A stretch of DNA of 63,760 bases, filler included, from Pelomyxa schiedti (lineage: Eukaryota; Protista; Evosea), in assembly GCA_020536535.1 (NCBI GenBank). It is 8 parts of 8 records of this genome, joined end to end, with 100 filler letters (N's around TTAATTAATTAA, not from the genome) between each part and the next. Parts side by side here need not be neighbours in the genome. Positions count along the whole stretch, not along the records: positions 1 to 31,623 come from JAHLWZ010000660.1; 7 more parts are not named here. The stretch is one strand, 5' to 3'. The position numbers were made by a program, and so were the translations under genes. Position 1 is the stretch's first letter; every line of letters starts with the position of its first letter. The notes under the pieces are model-generated. The model did no database searches. It had not been told where the DNA came from and saw nothing but the letters and a program-made list of their open reading frames with translations. This document shows, one piece after another, positions 13,505 through 26,457 of the stretch.

Positions 13505-15818
13505 TCAACCAGAGCCATTCTTATCGGTGCCTGGTTTTGTTTGTGATTGTGATTGTGTTGTAGGAGCTGGTGTTGGTGTTGGTGTTGTTATGGGTGCGGT
13601 TGGCTTTGATTGCACTTGGGTGGACAGTGAGGCCGGTGATTGTGGTTGTTGTGATTGGGATGTGGATGGGGATGTTGTGGTGGTTTGAGAGGGGCTGCTG
13701 GGGGCCATGGCGGAGAAAGCTGGAAGGTGCTTGCACACGAGTTCTTTCTCTTCCGGGGATAGTTCGGCTAGTGCACTCTCGGCGACGGGGTCTGGGTAGC
13801 TGGCTAGCCAGTTCAGGCACACAACTTGAAGCGATTTGCGGCACAGCGTAAACGCGGAGTGAATCACCTGAAGAACAACCATGACGTCGGTTGCGACGTG
13901 TACTCGGCTGAGTAATACTGGTCAAGAGTCAGTGGAGTCACACAATTCGGGTCTGGTTGGGAAACTTTACCTTGCTCGCATATTCTCACAAGTTGTTGCA
14001 TGTTGTACATTTGGGCAACCTCCAGAAGTTCAAGGTTATCAGAAATATCTTCTTCTTCGAGACGCTCAAGTTTTCCAGTGTAGATAAATTCAAGCACCCT
14101 GAGAAATGCTATCATTTTGTTAAGCAGTAAGGAAAAAAAAAAGTGGAGGGGCTTACCTTTCTTAGAGACGTTTTCTATCGTTATTTCACTTGCAAAGTGT
14201 TCAAGGCAGGGTCCACAGAACATGGTCCGAAAATAATCACTGCTACGAGCTGCCAGAATTGCTTTGTGCGCGCACACCTGCCCTCCTTGTGCAAATGAGC
14301 CGGCAAGAAGAGATTTGTTACCAACCTTCAACTAGGAACACGATATCTGGAAACATAGCTTTGTTGTTCAATAGGGTTCTTAAGTCCTGGGAGAGTGTGC
14401 CAGGTAACGATGGAAGACGAGGAATGGTGAATGGTGTAATTGCTACTACTTCATCAGAGAAAGAGCGTGTGGAATTAGACTTATTAACAATGCAGCCTCC
14501 AAAAACAAACATTGTCTTGCCATAGAAGAAGGCACTATGCCTACGATAGAGTGAGTAGAATGTCGCATTCTAAAAATTTTACCCGTATCTTGGTGCTGGG
14601 GGTTCAACTGCAGTTGCGTTATACCAGGTGTTTGTTTGTGTGCAGAAAACAAGGACATCTGAAAACGATTGGAACTTTCCATCACCAGAGCCTCCAAAAA
14701 CGTATACGTTAGTTCCATGTACTGCAGCACTGTGGCTGTGCCTCCCTGTGGGTTTTTCCCCCAAAGTGGTAGGCTTATGCCACTCCTTTGTTGCTAGAGA
14801 GTGTCAAAGAGTTGTAATGGAATGTTAGACACTCACTTGTATCGAAGACATACACGTCATTGAAGACTATGCTTCCATTGGTTCCACAAATAAGATATAA
14901 TTTCGACCCAACAGATGATAATGTACCCCACGCACGAGGAGAGGGAATATCCCCAGTTGCATTAATTTTGGTCCATTCATGCGATTCTACAAGGTGTGAA
15001 TGCCATGATAAAATTGAGTTTGTACCTGTGTTGAAGGTATGTAATTCATTAAAGTAGTTCCCCTTTCCAGCGTCACCACCAAAGCAGTAGATATTTGCTC
15101 CTACTACAGCAACCATGTGAGCTGCTCGGGCCGTGGGACCCTCACTGCTTACAGTCTAAGGATGAGTAAGGAATGTAGAGATGTAGGAAAAGAACGCGTG
15201 CCGTATGTGGGGGTTTCGAGTCAGGAACATAAAGGGTGACATCTTGTGAGAAGTGAGTGGTTTTTTAAAACTAAACTAAATTCACCAGCAGGAAACGCAA
15301 TAACTCCGCGTAAGTAATTTCTTTCGTGAGCTCCTGCCACAATATATACGTAATCGCCAATTGCCGAAGTTGTGTGAGCATAACGGGGTCGTATCATGTT
15401 GTTCATGAAATATATCCAAGCCCTTTTTTCTGGAAAAAGGAGACAATCAATAAGCTGCAAGGTTGAGCCCATGGATTTACCACAATCAAAAATGCACAGG
15501 TCGTCGTAGTAGCTGTAGCCGCTGTATCCGCCAGACATGAACACGTACTAATTCACTAGGGTCACCAAAACATAAAGAAAATCATGTGGTGAAAGTGCAA
15601 GTGCAACTGCAAGTGAAAGTAAAAGTGGGAAAAAAAACGCGAGGGCTCACTCTGTCATGAACCAAGCATGACGACTGCCAACATCTACCCGGAGGTTGCT
15701 TGGTCAGTCCCAAAAGTTCCCACTGAATAGAATCTATCCAGGGAGGGGAAGAAGAAAGAAAAACCAAAAAAAAAAAAAAAAGGGTTAGGTTGCAACGGCA
15801 ACGCTTGTCGGGGAGCAT
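13505..15818 (-). CDS. Kelch-repeat + BTB/POZ protein (LZTR1-like architecture), multi-exon
   Basis: Repeated Kelch motifs (PTGRHSHSAAVHGTNVYVFGG, PSPRAWGTL..., IYCFGG) followed by BTB (FPDIVFLVE...AHKAILAARSSDYFRTMF...FLRVLEFIYTG). Confidence 0.85.
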
Positions 15819-16136
15819 CGACGTAGTAGGTAGTAGATGAAGTAGGGCGAGTGACGATTGTGGGATGTGTTGCACATCACTTACGCTCAATCACAATTTC
15901 TGGAGACCCCAACATCTCCTTCGCTTATCCGTTTTATTTCCCCTTCTTTTCACTTTTCTGACAACAAATCAAATCACCATTTTTTTGGTGTCAATACTTC
16001 TCTCGGAACACAAGTTGTGTGGGCAATTAGCTACCTAACTGGTTGGTATGTGACTTGGGTGGAGTTGGGAGGAATTTGAATCATTTAGGGAACTTGCAGA
16101 AGGGAAACAGGGATAGGAAATGGGGTCCATGGTCCA

Positions 16137-18364
16137 CTAACTGGTGGAACTGCTGGGTCCGGGAGGTTCCCGGATAAAGGATAGTTGTAGTAGGGACTCG
16201 TCTGGTGATTCTTGGACTTGCGAATTCACCCACTGGTCTATAGAAACCAGGCAGGGTTCATTGGGTGTGAACTTGTAGGTGGATTGCTGTAGGTCTTGAA
16301 TATCCAGAATGTGGTTGGAAAGCTGTGCGAACTTGATAAAGTTGAAGTATTCACATGTGTCATTGCGGTAGTAACTGGGGTTTCCATCTTCTAGGAAGAC
16401 AAAATCAACCAGCCGTATTCCTTGGAGAGTTGTGAAAAATTGAGAGGGGAGAGTAGTGATACCAATGTAGGGTATGAATGGGCTGACTCTGTCGTGATGG
16501 AGCTCGAGTTTTCTATACAGTATGAACCCTGCTTTTGGCGAGAGCGTGTTCAAGTGGTCCTCAAGCAAATCACGTTTTTTCTTGGAAACCTGAGGAATGA
16601 TGTCAAGGAGAAGAAAGCCACTGTAAATGAAAATACCAAGTCCCAGGTAGCTTTGAGGCGAACTATGGCACTATGATTGAGCCCGCATGCAACCGCACCC
16701 AGGCAGTGAAAATTCTTCAGTTCCCGTAATGCATTTGCCAGCTCAATCATCTTGCACAGTAAACTCGCGCGCTTTTTTACTTCTGGCCTGCTCAGAATAG
16801 CAGCTGAGACAGCCACTGATAACTGTGGTGGACTTAGTGCAGGGACATAAGGAAGATGGAAAAACCTTATTGAAATTGCTGATTAATTTACATATTCCAG
16901 GGGTTACTTTTTCTTTGGAGGGTAAAGTCCCTTGCAACGAACCCCATCTTATGAATTCACGAGGGTTAATTGTAGACCATATGTGCCAGACAAGCAACGT
17001 AAGCTGCTCAGCGATAAGTCTAGGTGATACAGTTTCAAGAAAGTCTGTTCCAGATGCTGAAGGGAGCGTTTCAGATGCTGGTACAGTGGGAGTGTGTAGT
17101 GCTATGATAGGAGGTGACACAGGCGAACAAATTCGAAATCTACCACTAGTGAGAAAATGTGTGCAAAGTTAAGGGGAGGAAACTACCGTTGTGATATAAA
17201 TTGTGACATGCTATTTTTAATGTGAGGTGAAGGTATTTGAGAAATAAATTTTTTGAGTGCCAAAAAAGTAGGAGGCGTGGGTGGTTTCAGGAAGCGTATA
17301 AGATGAACCAAAACTGTGTGTGGGAGAGCACCAAGGGCCGAAGAGGCTCCAAGTCTGGGTAACTGCACAAACATAAGAGCAGTGGCGGCCTTTGACCACT
17401 TCAGTAATGCTGTCTCATTTTCATAGGTTTCTATAATATAAAAATCTAGTAAGTAATTGTAGTGATATGAAGCAGGAAGAAAACCAACATTAAGTGTTAA
17501 CAACCTGGGTAGAAATCTTGAGGAAGAATAGTCACCCACCTGCGAACAATATTGACAACTCTGAATCTGGTTTAGGTCTTCTCTAAAAAGAAAGAGTTTT
17601 AACAAACCTTAGACGGTCCTCATCACACTTGGCTAGTCTAACAAAATTCAGGGAGGATGTTAGTATCAAACTCAGGGCTTAAAACACCAACAAAAAAAAA
17701 AAAAACCCCCTTTTGATTTGAGTTATACATACTCCAAATGAGATAAGAACAAACGCAGAAGCTGGTCAGTAGTGATAAACGAAGTATGTGATATCAAAAA
17801 CTGAATGATATATTCACCACTTGGTGACCACCACTCCTCTGTCCCACAATTGCATTCACAGCTCTCCGCCTCCCGGCAAACAACCACCTCAGGCGAGCCC
17901 CCCAACCCCAACCCACAATTGGGGTTCGCGGTCGCCACCGACGCCAAATCGGTCCTCGCCGCCTCTCGAGTCCTAGGCGTGGACCTGCTGCGCGAGCCGG
18001 AGCTGCCACCAGAGGCCGGCCTTATGGGAACGGAGTTGTCAGGCACCACGAGGACGGCGCCGCCGCCGCAGGGCTGCCGTATGTTGCGGGGCTCGGGGGC
18101 AGCGAGGCCCGGGGGGAGGCAGGAGCAGCAGAGGCGGTGGGCCCGCACCCGCGAGTGGGCGCAGCGGGCCAGGGCGTCCGCGGTCCCCACGGCGACGAGG
18201 AGGGGCTCCGAGGTTGGGGGCGCCGCCGCGGCCGCGGCCGCCCCGCCTACGCCGCCCGGGGGCGCTGCGGACGCCCGCTTCTTGTCCTGGTAGCGGGTAC
18301 AGAGGGAGAACGGCAACGGTTGGCGACGGAAGAACACCTGGCCTGTGTCGTCAACAAACTCCAT
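16137..18364 (-). CDS. RasGEF (REM + CDC25 catalytic domain), multi-exon
   Basis: REM: YIIQFLISHTSFITTDQLL; CDC25: IAEQLTLL, LRELKNFHCLGAVACGLNHSAIVRLKATW, PFIPYIG..LVDFVFLEDGNP..FNFIKF. Confidence 0.88.
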
Positions 18365-19040
18365 GGGAGGGATCTCTTACGAAAAAGAGTCGTTTGGGTC
18401 CGTTGTTGTCAAGACCTAGGAACGGAACCGGCTACAGTCGCTGCTTGATAACATCATCTAGTACTGTTCGAGGCGTTTGAGGTACAAGGGAGGTTTAGGG
18501 GATCTGCAAGATATGGAAGGTATCTGTTTGGTTTTTTTTCAGATAGTGCAGAGGAACAGGGCTGTCCCACAACAAGTGAACAGGCAATCACTGAGAACAG
18601 GGCAGCTCCTCAAGTCAATGTGCAAAAAAAGAGTTGAACCAACAGTAAGGCTAGACATCACAGGAGATGCAGTGGTGGGATGTCACAGGCTATCAAAACC
18701 AATTCTCATCAAAGACACCAACTAGACTAGTTACAATGCCACCTATCCTCTCCCACATACATCTGAAAGAGCAAGACTCCACCATCACTACCCCAGAAAT
18801 TCTCTCCTCAATCTTGAACCATGCTCTTTTTTTCCACGAACATGAAAGACATAACATAACTTGAACTGCAGCTGAACCCACTGAAGTTTTAGTTGTGTGG
18901 GCTTACCTATTGCAGTTCAAAATAATACAGGTGACACCTCCTGGATGAGAGAAGAACTCTTAGTTATTCTAGGGATAAAAAGAGTGTAACATCTCACAAC
19001 TTCTGACAAGTCTATGTAGCTTTTTTGGAAGAACAATTGC

Positions 19041-19395
19041 ACCAGTTTAAGAAACCCAGTTAACAGTTTACCAAACCCAGTTAAATTACACCATTACTTT
19101 CAGAATTAGCTCTATTGGTTTGTGGTGTTGGACAACAGAAGCTGACTGTGAGGTGTTCTCCTGGGAGGTATATACATACAACTTCTACCACATTGCTCTT
19201 GCCCCTGCTCTGACAGAGAAGCTTGTCTTCATCCACAACAACTTTGAGAAAATGTTTAATTACAAGCCACTCCCTCAAGCACCACCTTCAACACAAGAGA
19301 AAACCCATTTACCCAGTTAACAAAACCCAGTTAATGGTACTCAGTCTAAGGTACAAAACACAGTTACCAAGTCAAAAGTTTAAACTGGGTAAATG
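19041..19395. repeat. Cluster of ACCCAGTTAA motifs with a 13-bp inverted repeat
   Basis: Motif copies near 19054, 19075, 19311 and 19325; CATTTACCCAGTT (19306-19318) is inverted at 19383-19395. Confidence 0.6.
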
Positions 19396-19544
19396 ACAGA
19401 GACATGAGTCTCAATCATTTTGGGGCACTCGTGTCGAAGGATCAAAACCCAAGGTTGTGGGGGGGTTCTTTCTTCTTTTTCGGTGTTGAAGTCGTTTGAT
19501 CGCGGTGATCATTAAAGGAAAGGAATCTCGAATTAACAGTCACG

Positions 19545-22500
19545 ATGGGGGTGCTCCTGGTGGCTGTGTCTTTGTCGGCGTGGATTGCAGTAGTTATGGG
19601 GAACAACGACTGCGGATCTGCAATTGCCATTTCGCCACTTCCGTTCGTTTACGAGGGATCCGTTGACACCGTGTCCACCGACATTTTTTGTGTGCAGAGT
19701 TACACAACTCAAGGTACATTCGGACTGCACTTGGGAGCCTCTTTTTTTGTTTTTTTTTTTTTTTTGTTGTTGTTGTTGTTGTTGCTGTTGTTGTTGGCAA
19801 CTCTAAGTAATAATGAACGGTCATAGAAAATTGTAAAAATTCTGGTCTCTTAAAGTTGCGCCGTTTCATTTTGATTTTAGGAATGTGGTTTAGTTACACT
19901 GCCAGTGAGGCGACTAGACTTTCAGCCTCCACGTGTTTTCCTGAACCAGTATTAGCACCATATTTGGCAGTGGCACACGAATGTGGCGGTCATACCGCGA
20001 ATGATTGTGAAACTGTTACAAATAGAGACTGCACACAGGGTCGAGTTGGGGTTGCTGCTCAGTGGATAGTAGAGGCGGGTGAGACGTCATGGTTGTATGT
20101 CACCTTTGACGACTACTACATGGCGTCTTTGGGAGCATTCACACTGACAGTTCAGAAAGGTATGAAAAGAGAAGTGAGAAAAATAGCCTCATTTTTGGTA
20201 AGTGGAGGACTATGTTGGAAATACTTGTTCGGAGGCGATTTCAATTACTGAGATTCCATTTTACTTTCTTGGCAATACTGAAAATCAACTCAGTTCTCAG
20301 TTCTCGTGTCCAGATACAACAGTTTCCAAAGGTACTGCATCTGCCCGATACAGAAGAGCACTCATTTTCTAAGGGATGTGGTTTACCTGGACACCAAGCA
20401 CCACTTCTATGGTGATGATATCTACATGCAATGCAGACACCACTTTCGATACCACTATTTATGTATTCACATCTTGCGACGCGGGCAGTGGTGAAGACTG
20501 CGTTACTTTCAGTAACGAATTTTGTTCATTCCACTTTGGAGGGCAGCTCATATGGAATGCCATCCAAAATACGCAGTACTACATCCTGATCAGTGGAGAT
20601 GATACACAAGGAAGCTTTGGGCTTAACCTTCAAGGTAGTTACCTGGAAGGCATACATATTAAATCGTAATAGCTGTTGAAAGCCATTGCGATACTGCACT
20701 CTCGATACCGGAGTTACCGTTCTCTCACACTGATTACACTGATTCACTTGACTATGCTTTATTTTCTTGCCCATCATTCGAGGCCCACAAAGGTCTTTTA
20801 TACTTAATCTATCTCTCTATACTAACCCTCACCTCATTTAAGGCCAGTGGTTTACCTATACCACGGTCTCCACTGCAACACTTGTAGCAATGACCTGCAG
20901 TGAGGCAACCAATTTTAATACCGATATATTCATCTTCAATTCCTGTGACGAATCCGGGGACCAAACTTGCTCTACATTTGAGAAAACCAAATGTAATTAT
21001 GTTGACTACATGGCCGACTCTGCTGTTATGGTCAAGTGGGAGGTACAAGCAGGCCAAACGTCATTCATACTTGTGACTGGACAAAATGACGAAGTTGGCA
21101 GATTCAATCTCACAGTTTATGAAGGTTTTCGGCTTGGATTCATTTTTCCATTCACACTTCCAAGATGTACCTGGAAGTTCATGTGCCACTCCAATTCCAC
21201 TGATAGGTGGCCTGCCAATTATCAGATATTCAACTACACTTTATGACACACCATCTTCATCACTGTGTGATGACGATGATTCGGTTCAAGGTATTCAATC
21301 CATTGCTCTTCCCCTTTCTTATTGGCACCAGGTTCTTGGTTCTCCTACACTGCAGTTGAAGATGGTTTGCTTTCTGCTTCAACATGCAATGGCACAGGAG
21401 TGGATATGTATGCCACTCTGCAAGTTATGCTTCAGTGTATTAATGGAATCGGTCAGCAATGCATATCAGATATTTTTGGCCACAGCACAACAACTGAAAC
21501 TGTGTCATGGTGGTCCACAAAAGGAGAGACATATCTCATTTTTGTTATTTATGAGGGAATTTATGGCCAATCATTTTTTAAGTTGAGCCTTTCTGCAGGT
21601 GTGTTGTTCGAGACTATTTAATTCCCTAACCTTGAAAATACAGTTGAGTATGAGGGGTATAATTGCAGCAGCCCTCTTGCAATAACGGGCATCCCTTTCT
21701 CAAGTGAAGTAACCATAAAAACTCATGGTAGTTCTCAATTCTTTTGTTCTGCCCCAATTTCTGGTGAAGGTAGACTTTTTACCCTTAGTTTTTTCCTTAC
21801 TCCTGTATTAGCCATGTGGGTCTCTTATACTGTACTCAACAACGGGGTTCTTTCTGCTTCTACTTGTGGCAGTGATTCATATGCCTTCGAAATTTATGCA
21901 TTTGATAATTGCCTCTCCCAGTGCATTTCAACAACTTCACTGCACTGCCAGGCAACTACAGGATCAAAAGAGGTGTGGAGAGTATCTCAGGGAGATACTT
22001 ACATTATAACCGTAGCTCAAAATGAGCTTTATTCATATACGGAATTTGACTTGAATTTATATGAATGTGAGTGTTTCATTTCCACTGCAGATAGGTCTTT
22101 ACATTTTTTGCAGATCAAATTGGTATTGGTAGTACATGCCATTCCGCTGTAGTCGTAGAAGAACTACCTTTTGTACTAAATGCTACTTTACTTGATCAAC
22201 CTTCAATTATTATACAATGTGTTGAAGAAAACCCTGTCTATGGCATTCTTCCATTCCATTCCATTTCTCTCTAATAAACACTAGGTATTTGGCTCTCATT
22301 TACTCCTAATGCCAGCATGCTTGTGTCAGCATCTACCTGTTGCAATACTGGTTATCCAAAAGTTTCGTTGCTCAACTCTTGTGAGGACTACTCCTCTTGC
22401 CACCAACCAGATTATACACATGAAGACCAACTTTCATGGAATTTAATAGAAGGAACCACATATTACTTTCTGATATACTATGAAGACCTCTCTGCAGGGT

Positions 22501-23630
22501 TGGAAGATTTTGGCTTTGGCATCTGGGCTGGTATTTCCTTCCTGCATTTTTTTGTTTCCTTTTCTCAATGTCAATCAGAAAAAATTTATGCAACCGCTTC
22601 TGCACTCGTTAGTTCCGAACTGCTCTATGTCACATTTTCTGTCCCTTCCTGCATAGACTACACCCAAATATGTAGCTTTGATGACTGGAAATCTGTGACA
22701 ACAGCAGAAATTATTGGTGGCGATACTTCAACGTTTTACTCATTAGAGGAAGATGGGTGCATGTATACATACTCCACGATTGATTGTACATCCACAGTTA
22801 CACCACTAACGGGCCTGGAATTGGGTTATCAATTTTCCGGAATTACTTGGTCAGCTGCCAATCACACCATGTACGCCGTAGCCACTACTGGTATGAAATC
22901 CAGCCTTTATACTGTTGACACAAGACACGCCACTGTGAATCGCGTGTGCGAGATTCCTGTGGAGGAGGCAAATGCCCTTGCATCCAATGGGCAAGGATCT
23001 CTGTACACATATTATAACAGTGCTAATACACTTATCAAAATATGGGTGTTACCTGGCTTTTCTGGGTGTACAACGGAGTATGTGGGGTGGACTGGAAGTG
23101 ATGTATCCCTGCTAGATATGGACTTTGACCTGTGCTCTGGGATTCTGTATGCTGTCGGAGGAAATACTCTGTATCAAATTGATCCTACAAATGCCTTCAC
23201 AACGATATCTTCAATTATTCCAGTATCTACTGGGGATATTTCCGCTGTTTCATTTTCTGGCTGCATGGACGGTAAGGTTTATTTATGGCTTCCTGCAAGT
23301 TCTGAACTTTTATAAATAGATTGCGCTCCTACCTGTGTTGACATTTATGTTGGGGATGGGGAGTGTGATCCAGGCTGCAATATCGAGGCCTGTAACTGGG
23401 ATGGTGGTGACTGTGATGACAATTCTAGTGGTACAACCCCTTTTCCTTTGTGACCGACTGATTTCCCGCAGTTGTCTTTGCTGTAGTTAGCCTCCTTGTT
23501 ATTGGTTTGATTGTATCTGGAGTTGTTGTCGCCGTTCTAGCCGGCAGCTACCTCCATTATAAAAACACAAAGAACGCAATGTACATCCCGGTCCCTGTCT
23601 CAGAACAAGGCAGGGACTCGAGAGGGTATG
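19545..23630 (+). CDS. Type I membrane surface protein: signal peptide, ~6 PPC/CUB-like repeats, beta-propeller-like region, LNR/Notch repeat, TM helix (3' end uncertain)
   Basis: Signal MGVLLVAVSLSAWIAVV; repeats C..A..I..LPF...GxWFSYT..LSASTC...W....G..Y.I; LNR C..GDGECDPGCNIEACNWDGGDC near 23320-23415; TM VVFAVVSLLVIGLIVSGVVVAVLAG followed by KKHK. Confidence 0.75.
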
Positions 23631-23685
23631 GTTCGTAAAAATACCTCTTTCTTTTCTTTTTTTCTTCTTATGTTTCTGGGTGGTG

Positions 23686-24869
23686 TCAAAGTGGCACCAG
23701 AAATCGCGAGTCAAACACACTGGCTGTTGCTTCCACAGATACACACAGAAGCAACGACATGTGAACCACAAAGAGCAGAGCAAAAAGGGCTTCATTGGGC
23801 AGAATCCCTGTTGCTGTCTGGCCAGCCCACCCATGCTTAGCCAGTCCACTTCTTAGGAAGAAAGCGAGCTGAATGACCACAAGTGCAAACACTGTGCCTG
23901 CTGCAGCAAACACTGCCATCACACATGCATAGAAGAGTTTTCCTCTCGCTGCTGTGCTGCTGCCATTGCTGTGTGGTGCAGGTGATGTCCATAGTTGGGG
24001 AACTGTGTGGTTTTTGGTGAGGGAATTCCATGTGGCATAGGCATCGCCAGACTTCCAAAAAACAATTAGGAACATGAGGTAGCACACCTTTTCGGGTTTT
24101 GTAAGAGGGAGGATGTTCTTTTTTATGACAGTTACTTATAATTTGGTTATTCAGTTCCAAGGGTATGCACACAAAGAATTACCTGTTCAAGAACCTGCTC
24201 TGCGGGTGTATTGAAGGGTATGTATTTCATTACAAAAGAAGAAGGCCAAAAGGGGTAACAGGTACTCGCTAGGCAATCAAAAAACACGTGAGTTACACTT
24301 GCAGCTACAACCATCACTGTCAGGCCCCCAGCCCTCGGTACCTGATATCCAATCCATTGCTTCACGTAGTGGTAGTTTATGGTTAGGAATATGTAATACA
24401 GAAGTATGCATGATATAAGATTACACATACAGGATGTGAAGCAACGATACTGTAAGCTAGTAGGACCAGAGACGGTGCGCATAACGGAACAACAAAGTTA
24501 TGGGTCCAGGGTCTGAACCTTCCCGCACCAATAACCCTGAGGAAATCAGGCCAATTGCTAGCCAGCATCACAACCATAATCACAAACCCGACATGGTTAT
24601 GAGTATGGTTCTGGTTCTGGTGATAGTAATGTGCACTGGGATGCCTGTGAGTCAGGGGGCCGTCACTACTCTGTAGCGACTTGGTGTCAACATGGTTCCT
24701 TCGGTTCCTTTTGAAATGGAGTCAACCACCTTGCGTTTTTAAACAAAAGGGAGGGGTTAGAGCACGTAGGGGGTACCTTTACATACAAAGGCCTGTTGTT
24801 TGCTTACCAAAGATAAAGTGCTATCGATGCAGCAATGTACCCTGTGCTGGAGTGTCCTAGAGTCCACAT
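23686..24869 (-). CDS. YdjM-like (LexA-binding, inner-membrane-associated) metal-dependent hydrolase, multi-exon
   Basis: MWTLGHSSTGY N-terminus, SNWPDFL..RPWTHN, THVFFD, YPFWP motifs plus several TM segments. Confidence 0.65.
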
Positions 24870-25493
24870 TGTTTTACACTGCTCTGCTCTGTTGTGCTTG
24901 TGTATTCTACTGGTGTGATTGATGACTAGGCAACAGAGAAAAGCAAATTTGGAACTGGCCAGTCAGCGACTGAGTTTCGAACGGCGTTCTTTAAGAAACA
25001 GCCACACTTCGACGCGGCCCAACTATCACGGGACGCCCCACTGAAAGGAAATACTCTGCTCCCGTAATTGACAGTTTCGACCCAGTTCACGGCTGATAAG
25101 GAATTGGCGACCAGGAACTTTGAAGAAGGAAAAACTGCCCAGTGGTTGTGGACGTACTTTATGCATCAAAATTTATCCTTGAACAACTCCATCCCCTGCT
25201 TCCACTCCATAGCTCCTTCCAAGTCAACCTAGAAGTGAGTGCGTAGTACCTGAACCAGGAAGATGAATTGCTCGTAGAACAAAGTTTGAAGGACCCTCAT
25301 CCATTCTTCTTAAGTTTTTTCAGCATGGAACAAAACGAGATACCAAAAAAAACTTTTTATGGTGTTGGTTCCTGGGGTTACTCACTTTTTTGTTGTTTTT
25401 TATTTTTTTTTCCCGATTTTGAATCACGTGGCAGGGTAAATAGGTTATAATTAGGCATTAGCAGTCAGGATATGGTATAGTGGTGAGGAGTGT

Positions 25494-26354
25494 TTAGTGT
25501 CTTTTGAACTTGAGTGTGCTCCACGTGAACATTTCACATAAGTCAGGCCTTGCCATTGCGGCAGCAATGAATTCACCTTTGGCTCAGTGAGTATTGAATG
25601 ATTGGGGAGAATGCAGGATATACTTTCCGAAATGACATTATCGTGGTTAACATCAAAGTCCCGGTAAATGGCCTCGACAATGGCATCGATATCTGGTGGT
25701 GTGATTGAGCTTCTGGCAGCTGTCATCAATGTGAGAAGGTGTCTCAGTTCATGCCGTTCCAGAACATGGTCCTTCCTCTATAAGAAAGAAATTATCCCGG
25801 GGGAAGCTGTACCTTGTTCAAGTCATAGACTCTGAAGCAGACTGGTAAATGTCAAGTTAGATGATGCACTTCATTGGGTTATCGTTACATTTCAATTTTG
25901 ATTCCAGAGTGGCTTCTGACAGGGCCAACAAACCAAAGAGAAGTTCACGTTTATCCACGTGTCCATTGTGATTCACATCCAATGCATCAAAGAAGCTGTG
26001 GTAATGTTAGAATTGCTCATCTCCAAAACCACGGGTTCAATACCTATTGGCAACTGCAGGGTCCCGTAATTGGGAGTTGCCGCATTCTATAAGAAACTGA
26101 ATGAATTTTGCCTTGTTTAAAGAGGGTGATGTATCCCCAGTTTGTTGGGCTCCATCAAAAAGTGCATGAAGTGAATTCAAGTCCACTTCACGAATGTAAG
26201 GACTTTCCAACAAGCAACCTTGAAAAAAAAAAACAAACAAGCAACTTCCAAAATAACAAAAAACATTACAATTTGTCAGTGCAGCCAATTGTTTTTCCTC
26301 GATTCTGCGTTTCAACAATGTACCCGGCGTAACAGGGGGCAAGTCCTCCGTCAT
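25494..26354 (-). CDS. EF-hand calcium sensor (calcineurin-B/NCS-like), multi-exon
   Basis: EF loops FDALDVNHNGHVDKREL, FRVYDLNKDHVLERHEL, YRDFDVNHDNVISE. Confidence 0.85.
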
Positions 26355-26457
26355 TTTCGTTTTCTTTTTGTGCCTGTGACTTGTTTTCAAGAAAAACTTT
26401 CCAGTAAAAAAGACTTCGGAAAGAAAAATTTTGATTCGTTTTTAGTATTTTCTCTAA

